The position numbers were made by a program, and so were the translations under genes. Source: Candidatus Saganbacteria bacterium (lineage in GTDB: Bacteria > Margulisbacteria > WOR-1 > JAKLHX01). From it: a stretch of 32,000 nt of DNA. Location: the NCBI GenBank assembly GCA_026387835.1, contig JAPLKZ010000011.1:30001-62000 (forward strand). The letters are read 5' to 3'. The stretch's first letter is position 1. The number at the start of each line of letters is the position of its first letter. Shown here piece after piece: positions 1 to 7,297 of this stretch. The notes under the pieces were generated by a model. It made no database searches and was not told the DNA's origin. It saw only the letters and a program-made list of their open reading frames with translations.

Positions 1-1034
1 AGCTGCCATGCCTGGAGAGCCGCCTGGCCGACCGAGATACAGATATCAGTAGCGATCAGATCCAGATATTGTTTTGTGCTCGAATCGCGGGGTAAACGCT
101 CGATAGCTTTTAATAATGAATCTTTTTTATTATGCTCGAATCCGATGAGCTTGGACCCGATGGTCTCCAATTCTTTCAAAAGCCCGACTTTTTTTGTTTC
201 GTCTTTCTCATTCACCGCAATAAGGAATTTAGCTTTGACGTATTCCCTTGCCATTTCCGACACGGAAATATTGTGCGCCCATTGGTTAAAACTGAAAGCG
301 TAGGCAAATACATTCAACTGCTGTTCTAACGGTTTGTTTTCAACAGTGGCACCAATCAATTCTAATGACTTTTTAAACGCGTCTTCAATTCTATTGAGAC
401 GGGCTTTTATTTGTTCTCTTGTGGTCTTGACTTTTGTGTCATCGAGAGCAAAGGACAGAAGCCGGCTCTCCGCCATGCCGATATTTTTCGAAAGGACCAC
501 TCTTTCGCTATTTTTGGTAAACCATGGAGTGAACTTAATATCGATATTTGATAGCCCCGGGATCTTTTTTAGGTAAGCGAGTAGGTCGCTTAATTTTTCC
601 GACAAAAGCGCCCCATACAGATTTTTTGCGGTCTCGACATTTTTCGCGTCTCCCCGCATAAGGCAGTCGGCAAGAAGTGTGACCGCATTTTTGATCGTAC
701 CGTTTTGGTCATTGTCCTTACTTATATTGCTCTTCAATACCTCAATGCAAATATCTTTGGCTTTTTTTGTGTTTTCTTCTGTCCCCCTCTTTTTTTCTGC
801 TAAAGAGCCCTCTCCTGGCGCTATGTTAAAATGATATCTCGCTGTCGACAATAAAAGACCGTTTCTGTATCTTGGGTTATCTATCAACCCTCGCTCCAAA
901 TCCTTTACGTGCTCTTCTACAGATATTCTTTCTTCACGGGTCAACTCGGGTTCTTTTCGTCCATTTGTCGACGGAGAAAGATATTTCTTGCCGACATCTG
1001 AAGTTTCTTTAATCGCTTTTTGATAATCATCCAT
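1..1034 (-). CDS. hypothetical alpha-helical protein; C-terminus lies beyond the left window edge (first 344 aa present)
   Basis: This ORF is absent from the supplied track because it has no stop inside the window. I read the minus frame triplet by triplet. ATG at 1034-1032 (MDDYQKAIKETSDVGKKYLSPSTNGRKEPELTREERISVEEHVKDLERGL...) stays open down to position 3. AGGA lies about 9 nt upstream, and the gene has its own TGAAAT-N16-CGATAT box at 1109-1150. No family recognised. Confidence 0.6.
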   Translation of the reverse strand, partial: MDDYQKAIKETSDVGKKYLSPSTNGRKEPELTREERISVEEHVKDLERGLIDNPRYRNGLLLSTARYHFNIAPGEGSLAEKKRGTEENTKKAKDICIEVLKSNISKDNDQNGTIKNAVTLLADCLMRGDAKNVETAKNLYGALLSEKLSDLLAYLKKIPGLSNIDIKFTPWFTKNSERVVLSKNIGMAESRLLSFALDDTKVKTTREQIKARLNRIEDAFKKSLELIGATVENKPLEQQLNVFAYAFSFNQWAHNISVSEMAREYVKAKFLIAVNEKDETKKVGLLKELETIGSKLIGFEHNKKDSLLKAIERLPRDSSTKQYLDLIATDICISVGQAALQAWQ

Positions 1035-1108
1035 AATAAAAATCCTATTTCACAAACAATTTAGTGAAATCCGCATTATAATCAATGGTCATTGGCGTCT
1101 CTTTTCTT

Positions 1109-1150
1109 TCCCCTCTATATATATATCGTCCAAAATAGAGCCAAATTTCA
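1109..1150 (-). promoter_or_regulatory. promoter-like box A: TGAAAT-N16-CGATAT
   Basis: Minus-strand read: TGAAATttggctctattttggaCGATATatatatagagggga. It lies 95 nt upstream of ATG 1034. The 20-mer tcccctctatatatatatcg is shared with box B. Confidence 0.55.
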
Positions 1151-1156
1151 CTTGGC

Positions 1157-1456
1157 TCATTCTTTGGCCGGGAACGGATCTATAAAATCCTTGCTTTGTT
1201 TCTGCTTTTCAAGATATTCGATCGCAGCCTGCTTAAACTCTGCTACAGATACATTCCGCCCATTATATGACGAGACATAATTATTATCGTCACATTCTTT
1301 TATCGCCGGTATCACATCGGACGTGTCGATTTGCTTCTTTGCGGCTTCGTCAAGTTCCTCGCGGGTGATATTCCCGTCCCTTATTGAATCTATCTTTCTC
1401 AAACGCTCATAAACCTTTTCGATATTCCCCGCGCCGGTCAAAGTCGCTTTTTCCAT
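1157..1456 (-). CDS. small acidic protein (99 aa) with a degenerate EF-hand-like loop
   Basis: ATG start with an AAGGAGA RBS about 6 nt upstream, 45 nt downstream of the 1337-aa gene. The segment DSIRDGNITREELDEA fits the EF-hand loop D-x-x-x-D-G-x-I-x-x-x-E except at position 3. A second, looser loop is YNGRNVSVAEFKQA. The Ca-binding call is tentative. Confidence 0.55.
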   Translation of the reverse strand: MEKATLTGAGNIEKVYERLRKIDSIRDGNITREELDEAAKKQIDTSDVIPAIKECDDNNYVSSYNGRNVSVAEFKQAAIEYLEKQKQSKDFIDPFPAKE

Positions 1457-1501
1457 GTTCGTTCTCCTTTTCTTTATGAAATTGATTCCGATTAATATGG
1501 A

Positions 1502-4500
1502 TTATTCTTTCTGCCCATATTTATTTAACAACTCTTTGTAAATATCATTTATAGCCCTAATTTCATTAGACCCCCCATCTCGCAAACATTCCCGCATTCG
1601 GGTTTTGGCGCGGCTTTTTATTTCCTCCGATTTGCAATATTTAAAAATTAAGAAACAATCTTTAAATGCTCCGATCTTAAGGCCAAGCTTCTTTTCCTCG
1701 CTGATGTTTTGATCTGAAGATAGCAAAAGCAATATTTCTGCCTGGCATAAACGGGCCTCAAATAAACTTCTGCCTTTTAAGAGGCCCAATTTATTTGGAT
1801 CGTAAATTATATCGAGTAAACTTTTTGCCGTCCGAGCTATTGTTAGTTTTTCATTACGATTGTCTTTGCTATTTGCCGAATAGATGTCATTTTCCGCCAT
1901 AAGAAGGATAAGCCTTGCGGAAATGGGGCCAAGTCCGACATTTGAATGAGACTCAAAAACAGTCCTAATATTGCCTATCGAAGGTGTTCCATCCCCGATA
2001 AGTGCGATTTTTGCCAGACCAGCCGCTTCAATAGCAAGACCAGCTCCTTTTGTCCGCAACGCCGGATCGTTTGTTCCCAATGCTGTTAATGCCGCGATAT
2101 AGGCGCATTCCGCTATCTTTAACTGCAGTTGAAGCTTGTAATAGCCCTTTGAAAGGATGCCGGAAAAATACGGTTCTTTTAAAAGCGCTTCTAATGAGCC
2201 TTTTATATTTAAAAGAGCAGTAATATCTCTTTTGTCAATTGCTTGGCTTGCTTTCACGTCATATGCCACTAGCAAAGCCCTTAAGATGAGATCCCTGTTA
2301 AAGGAATTGTTTTTGATCAGCATAGCTTTTGAAGTATCGATATTATTTGTGTCTATCCCAAATGAATTTGGGATATCTGATATCTCTTTCGGTAGTTCAA
2401 CTTCCTCTGTCAGATCTTTAGCTCTATAGTATTTGGCAAGAAGAGCTTCGGCCTGCAGGACTTTTGCTGTCATAATATCTCTTTCTGAATCTTTTGTTTT
2501 CGTAATACCAGCGACGGCCTTGGCGATATCTATCACATGATCAAAGCTGATAGGGGAGTCTACTTTTTCTTCGTAAGTATCTATTGCCTGGGCAAGGCGG
2601 ACCCGGGCGATTATAACCGCGGCTTTTACCGCAAGGGAAGAGTCGACGTCTTCAATAGCATTTGTAATTAGGGTCTGTTCGTACGCCGCTTTTTCTGTTC
2701 CAAAAGTCCATTCAGGTATGATCTTGCTTATAGCTTCTTGGAGCTGTGTTTCAACCTCGCCGGTATCTTTGTTCTTATTCCGGAGCAGATACCACTGGCG
2801 GAGGGAGGCTTCAACCATCAAAAGGGAAGCAGATTTATTATAGTAAGAGTCTTTTAGATATCCTCTTGCTGTTTGAGCGAGATTAAAAACGTTATTAATG
2901 CTCTCTAACGCATCTTCAAATGTATCGTCGATATTTGACAGTATCGTTTCGGCAAGGATCAGCAAAGCCTTTGCCCTTAAGTCTTTATGTTTAACTTTGC
3001 CAATGGCAGCTGTTATGAGAGCCAAGTCAGCTTTTGTTAATTTATTAAAGTTAAAGACGATCTTTCCGGCCTCAATGCCGGTAAGCGATGAAAGATACTG
3101 CTTCATCTTTGCGGTTTGAGCAGATGTCTGAGCAGATACGCCGTCCGCATTTCCCGAGGTCTTATATGCCTGTCTTAAGGAGCTTGAGACCTCCAGAGCC
3201 AGAAGGTCAGCACTGAGCTTAAAATACTCTCCTTTTATTCCTGATTTGTATATTTCGCTTTCAAGGACCTTTTCTATCAAAGCCCGCGCGTGCTTCAGCT
3301 TTTCGATGTCACTTCCCGCCTCAAGGAGTTTGAAAGTGACAAGATACAGAGCCGCATCGGCGTAGATGTCGCTGTCGTCGTCGGTAAGCTTCTTATTAAG
3401 GGCTTCAAGTTCAGCGTTTTCTTTTTTCTCAGCCTTTGGGTCAACGACTAAAAACCGTTGTATGGCCGGTCCTAACATTGCAAAAAGTTCGCTTGCAAGG
3501 ACAGAACCCCTTTTGCCGGTTTTGTCCGTATATGTGTTGCCCAGAGATTTGAGCACGAAATATTTTTGGAAAAGGCCTTCTATTTTCAGCAACCCCAACA
3601 TTTTTAGATCTCTTTCATTCAACAGGTCAGGCAGTTTCGCGAGTTCATTTTCAAGCAGTGACAGCTCAGACAGTTCTTTTTCAATAGAGCCCAGTTTATT
3701 TTCTTTGTTCATTTCGTGGTTCAGGGAAAGCCCCATCAGGGACAACTGTACCTTGAAGAGAGTAGCACGGAAGGCTGAAGTCATAAGTATCTTCAATTCA
3801 ACCGATACCGGCGCATCGGCTTTTTCTTTTGAAGGCTCTCCGGTCTTTGCCTGCATGGCTTCCCATTCTTTGAGGCATTTAATAAGTTCGGCATTGGCAT
3901 CCCGGGTATCGGCATCAAGCTTATTGTATGCCACGATCAAAGAGGCTTCACCGCACACGACCTTGAAGCGGGCGGTCATATTATTTATATCAGGCGTTTT
4001 ACATTTCCCGGCGATTTCAAGTGCCGGCCCTCTGGCATCCGCCACAACTTTAAAATATCCGTCGGCTTTTTTCCTATAGTCTGCCGCGGTTTTCGCATCC
4101 GATTCTGTTTTTGCCGCTTTGTCATAAATGCTGCCCAGTGCATTTGACGCGAACGCAAGCTCGGTCTGAATGACCACATACAGGCCGGCAACATCATTTA
4201 ACGCGGCCGTGTCTTTATTCGTTTCCAGTGTTTTTATAACATCAGATATGTCCTTTCTGTCATTTCTGTCGGGTTTGTAATAATTGACGGCATGGGCAAG
4301 CGCGGGATCGAGATATTTATTTACAGCGGTATCTATGAGGAGCTTCTTTTCCTCCAGGGTAAACTTGCCGGCCTCATTAGTAAGGCTGATATTGAAAATA
4401 GTTGCGAGTTTCTTTCTGTCATCAGTCGTAAGGGTGTCTTTGGTCGTTGACAGCGAGATGAGGAGATGCCCGATAGCTCTGTAAAGGTTTGTTCTTAACC

Positions 4501-5515
4501 AGGGATTTTTCTTTGAGGCGCCATCAAAAAAACCGACTATTTCCGTGGTTTTTACCTTTGCGGTTAAAAATCCGTTCAAGGTATTCAGTGAATCTACGAT
4601 TTTAACCGGTGGAAGTTTATTGATATCTGCCGATGCCGCTTCAATTTTTTTCATCCCCGCATCCATTATCTCCGATTCAATATATAAAAAAAGATCTGCA
4701 ATCGGGATTTTCCCTGTTATTTCAGATAAAGCTTTCCTTCTTGTCTCATCTTCATCAGACAGAAGCCGGAGTTTTAGGCCATAAATAAGGGTGGCATCAA
4801 CTTGACCGTCCGTCTTAAAATTGGCGCCATAGTATTCAAGCGTGACCAGCTCCGATTTTTTCAAATAGTTTACTGCTTCATCGAAGTATTTTTGTTCTTT
4901 GGTGTGAATGCCCATAAAAACGCACGCTTTTGCCATTTTTCTGTAGATGGAAGATGTGAACCATGGCTCGCACATCCCGGGTTTCACCTTATTGTTGGGC
5001 CTGTTATCGATGATCTCTGTAAGGGGCATGCCGCCCGCCGTCTTCAAACACAATAATTCTTTCATGCTACTATATGCCTCTTCAAATTTCCTCTTTTCTA
5101 TAAGATCGTCGATCTTGGAAAGATACGGGATATTCTTCTCTAATTTTGTTTCTTCGTTTCCTTCAATTTCCAGCCTAACCGCGCCGTAAACAATTTTGTA
5201 TTCATATTGTGTACTGCCCAGTATTTCTTTCATATGCTGATTTATTGTGTATAATAAGATGTTTTTATTCTCGGTAGCATTGGCCGATGTTATGCCAAGC
5301 GCGGCTTTTGTAATTATGTCAAAAGCCCGGTCATCTATATCTGACCTTTCGCAGAATCCTCTCCACCAATCAGGATGTTTTTTAAAATCTTCTGCCGCGC
5401 TCCTGATAGCGCGAACATTCCCTGACGTAACAGCATCGTTAAGTAACGTCCTCAGCCGCGGGAACTCAGGAATATCTAAAAAACTGTTGTATTGCTTATC
5501 ATCTATTATCGGCAT
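1502..5515 (-). CDS. giant hypothetical alpha-helical repeat (TPR/Sel1-like solenoid) protein, 1337 aa
   Basis: Uninterrupted 4-kb ORF with an ATG start and a GGAGA RBS. The composition is helical throughout, with recurring amphipathic A/L-rich hairpin segments (e.g. KALLILAETILSNIDD, AKVLQAEALLAKYYRA, ILRALLVAYDVKASQAIDK, FEARLCQAEILLLLSSD). No signal peptide or TM segment is obvious, and no catalytic motif was recognised. Confidence 0.85.
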   Translation of the reverse strand: MPIIDDKQYNSFLDIPEFPRLRTLLNDAVTSGNVRAIRSAAEDFKKHPDWWRGFCERSDIDDRAFDIITKAALGITSANATENKNILLYTINQHMKEILGSTQYEYKIVYGAVRLEIEGNEETKLEKNIPYLSKIDDLIEKRKFEEAYSSMKELLCLKTAGGMPLTEIIDNRPNNKVKPGMCEPWFTSSIYRKMAKACVFMGIHTKEQKYFDEAVNYLKKSELVTLEYYGANFKTDGQVDATLIYGLKLRLLSDEDETRRKALSEITGKIPIADLFLYIESEIMDAGMKKIEAASADINKLPPVKIVDSLNTLNGFLTAKVKTTEIVGFFDGASKKNPWLRTNLYRAIGHLLISLSTTKDTLTTDDRKKLATIFNISLTNEAGKFTLEEKKLLIDTAVNKYLDPALAHAVNYYKPDRNDRKDISDVIKTLETNKDTAALNDVAGLYVVIQTELAFASNALGSIYDKAAKTESDAKTAADYRKKADGYFKVVADARGPALEIAGKCKTPDINNMTARFKVVCGEASLIVAYNKLDADTRDANAELIKCLKEWEAMQAKTGEPSKEKADAPVSVELKILMTSAFRATLFKVQLSLMGLSLNHEMNKENKLGSIEKELSELSLLENELAKLPDLLNERDLKMLGLLKIEGLFQKYFVLKSLGNTYTDKTGKRGSVLASELFAMLGPAIQRFLVVDPKAEKKENAELEALNKKLTDDDSDIYADAALYLVTFKLLEAGSDIEKLKHARALIEKVLESEIYKSGIKGEYFKLSADLLALEVSSSLRQAYKTSGNADGVSAQTSAQTAKMKQYLSSLTGIEAGKIVFNFNKLTKADLALITAAIGKVKHKDLRAKALLILAETILSNIDDTFEDALESINNVFNLAQTARGYLKDSYYNKSASLLMVEASLRQWYLLRNKNKDTGEVETQLQEAISKIIPEWTFGTEKAAYEQTLITNAIEDVDSSLAVKAAVIIARVRLAQAIDTYEEKVDSPISFDHVIDIAKAVAGITKTKDSERDIMTAKVLQAEALLAKYYRAKDLTEEVELPKEISDIPNSFGIDTNNIDTSKAMLIKNNSFNRDLILRALLVAYDVKASQAIDKRDITALLNIKGSLEALLKEPYFSGILSKGYYKLQLQLKIAECAYIAALTALGTNDPALRTKGAGLAIEAAGLAKIALIGDGTPSIGNIRTVFESHSNVGLGPISARLILLMAENDIYSANSKDNRNEKLTIARTAKSLLDIIYDPNKLGLLKGRSLFEARLCQAEILLLLSSDQNISEEKKLGLKIGAFKDCFLIFKYCKSEEIKSRAKTRMRECLRDGGSNEIRAINDIYKELLNKYGQKE

Positions 5516-5548
5516 ATATTCTGTCTCCAGAAAAAGGGGCCGAGCCTA

Positions 5549-5590
5549 TCCCCTCTATATATATATCGGTCAAAACCCGGCAGGATTTCA
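5549..5590 (-). promoter_or_regulatory. promoter-like box B: TGAAAT-N16-CGATAT
   Basis: Minus-strand read: TGAAATcctgccgggttttgacCGATATatatatagagggga. It lies 53 nt upstream of ATG 5515. Confidence 0.6.
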
Positions 5591-5610
5591 GCCGTATATT
5601 TTCATCATAT

Positions 5611-5647
5611 CTTAATATTACATCGGGTGAATATTATGGGAATTTCA
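5611..5647 (-). promoter_or_regulatory. promoter-like box B2: TGAAAT-N16-CGATGT, a tandem second copy
   Basis: Minus-strand read: TGAAATtcccataatattcaccCGATGTaatattaag. It lies 57 nt upstream of box B. Confidence 0.45.
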
Positions 5648-5715
5648 TATAAAATGGCTGTTGCTGATATGGATATGCCCGGGTGTCAGCAAGGCAATTC
5701 ATAAATGATGAATAA

Positions 5716-7296
5716 TTATTTTCCACCCGGATTGAAGGTATAAGTGTCGTAATATAGTTTCATTGTTCCGGCTTTTGACGTAATGCCGGGGGGTGTCAGG
5801 GATGTTTCCATTTCTATTTCGCTGTCTATTGCTTTAATGGTATCCGTTAAGGCGCCTCTAATGCCGGTATCAGGTTTAACCGCAACATTAAAACGAGCTA
5901 ATATTTTATTAAGGCCTTCCAGGTTCCTAAGCTCATCTGCTTTCAGGGAATTATCATCGATCTTTGCAATAATTGCCTTAAGATAGATATTTAGATCTTT
6001 ACGCAGATCAAAAAACAGAGCCCTTTCAAAGTAATTGCGCAAATAAAAGAAGCACACTTCTTCTTGCCTGTACTCAAGTATCAAATTGAACGCCTTATCA
6101 ATATTCTTTAATGCGGAATCGATATTATCCTTGGTTGGATCTTTCATGTCGGCAGACGCCATCGCCATGAAGGCCTGCGCTCTGTAACCGTAAAAGTTGC
6201 TCGGTTTTTGGAGGTCTTTATAAATAAACGGTCGCCTGAACTGGCCGAAAGTATCGAGCTGGCGGTACCAGTCTTTTGAGGCTTTAGAATATTGTTCCCT
6301 GAGTATCGATGCTTCAGGCGAAGTTCCCCTTGTGTCTTCGGCCGCGGTTGAGAATAGAGCTCCTAAATAGAGCATTGTTTTTGCCGCCTCAAATATCTCG
6401 CCGTAATCGGTCCTGTATTCGATGCCCGAGAAATATGAAATATCGCGGTGCGTTTTTGTTTTTTCCGGATCAAGGGCTTCAAGGTGCTTTGGTTTTCTTG
6501 CGGTAGAGCAAAGCTCCATGGACCATTCAAAATAATTTCTGATGGTCTCGATATATTGTTTTTTTCCATCATCATTGGTCATGCCGTCTTTGTTCAGGCC
6601 AGGGACGATCCCTCTTTGAAATTTGAGAAGATGGATCAGCCCGGCTTCATGCGAGGCGCGCATCTTATAGCCGAGATTTGCCCGCCCCTCATCGTCGTTG
6701 ATGATCCTGTTCAGAATGGCCAGCGCGTCTTCGAATTTTTGATGGTCCTCTGCCTCCAAGGCCTGCGCCCTGTAGATCTGAGATTTAAGGAATAAGGCCT
6801 CGTAGTAAAAGTCAGAGTTCAGATATCTGCATTTAATTATCGTTTCGCACTGCTCGATCGCCTTGTCAAAGTCCTTATCAATAAAATAGTTCGTGGCAAG
6901 GTCTATCCTGGCCTTTAATGTGGCGGCTATATCGCGCGATGCGGTGTTAAGCGACTTTTTTAGGACAGATTCTTGTTGCTTTATAAGGAACTTCATTCCG
7001 GAGGTGCCGGACTGCGTTCCGGTAAAAACAAGGATCCTCGGGATAATGCACCCGCATTTCTTGACCCATGTTTCCCTGTCAGCGGCGCCAAGGTCTTCCG
7101 CGTCAAAGAGTACCGTGCTGCCGACGGTCACCTGCATCCTTCTATTGTCTTGCCTGAGGCCGGGCAATGTTTTGTCCGTGACAGCCCTGTCCAGTTTTGA
7201 GGCGATATTTATGGCGCGCTCAACGGATGACGTTTCGATCATGACAGAACCTTTATACGTCACATTATTATTAGTGATAGATATTTCATCGCTCAT
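5716..7296 (-). CDS. hypothetical protein with central TPR-like repeats, 526 aa; last gene of the four-gene operon
   Basis: ATG start with an AGGAGG RBS. The start lies 1 nt after the stop of the upstream 919-aa gene. TPR-like helical pairs are present (DFDKAIEQCETIIKCRYLNSDFYYEALFLKSQIYRAQA..., FEDALAILNRIIND..., YRAQAFMAMASADMKDPTKDNIDSALKNIDKAFNL). The N-terminal ~110 aa match nothing I recognise. Confidence 0.8.
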   Translation of the reverse strand: MSDEISITNNNVTYKGSVMIETSSVERAINIASKLDRAVTDKTLPGLRQDNRRMQVTVGSTVLFDAEDLGAADRETWVKKCGCIIPRILVFTGTQSGTSGMKFLIKQQESVLKKSLNTASRDIAATLKARIDLATNYFIDKDFDKAIEQCETIIKCRYLNSDFYYEALFLKSQIYRAQALEAEDHQKFEDALAILNRIINDDEGRANLGYKMRASHEAGLIHLLKFQRGIVPGLNKDGMTNDDGKKQYIETIRNYFEWSMELCSTARKPKHLEALDPEKTKTHRDISYFSGIEYRTDYGEIFEAAKTMLYLGALFSTAAEDTRGTSPEASILREQYSKASKDWYRQLDTFGQFRRPFIYKDLQKPSNFYGYRAQAFMAMASADMKDPTKDNIDSALKNIDKAFNLILEYRQEEVCFFYLRNYFERALFFDLRKDLNIYLKAIIAKIDDNSLKADELRNLEGLNKILARFNVAVKPDTGIRGALTDTIKAIDSEIEMETSLTPPGITSKAGTMKLYYDTYTFNPGGK

Positions 7297-7297
7297 A

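Noticed and set aside
1115-1127. The alternating-TA tract in boxes A and B as a slipped-strand phase-variation switch.
   Set aside because: The tract is short at about 5.5 TA units. It has identical length in both copies and lies at or after the -10-like element rather than in the spacer, where length changes would alter promoter geometry. The 16-nt spacer is invariant.
1157-1456. A firm EF-hand calcium-binding annotation for the 99-aa protein.
   Set aside because: Loop 1 has Ile at the third coordinating position, and loop 2 is one residue out of register. I kept it as EF-hand-like at low confidence rather than as a functional call.
3366-4079. Antisense ORF of 237 aa inside the 1337-aa gene. 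Similar long ORFs occur on the opposite strand or in alternative frames at 8448-9038, 10992-11369, 13511-14014, 25033-25590, 28220-28759 and 29901-30461.
   Set aside because: All lie entirely within much longer ORFs that have RBSs and, in the glycan region, clear family motifs. Their translations are low-complexity and rich in S, R, F or P, as expected for shadow frames. None has its own RBS or promoter box.
5661-5692. The inverted repeat TTGCTGA...TCAGCAA after the 526-aa gene as a terminator.
   Set aside because: The loop is 18 nt and there is no U-tract. The structure would be weak. It is possibly incidental.
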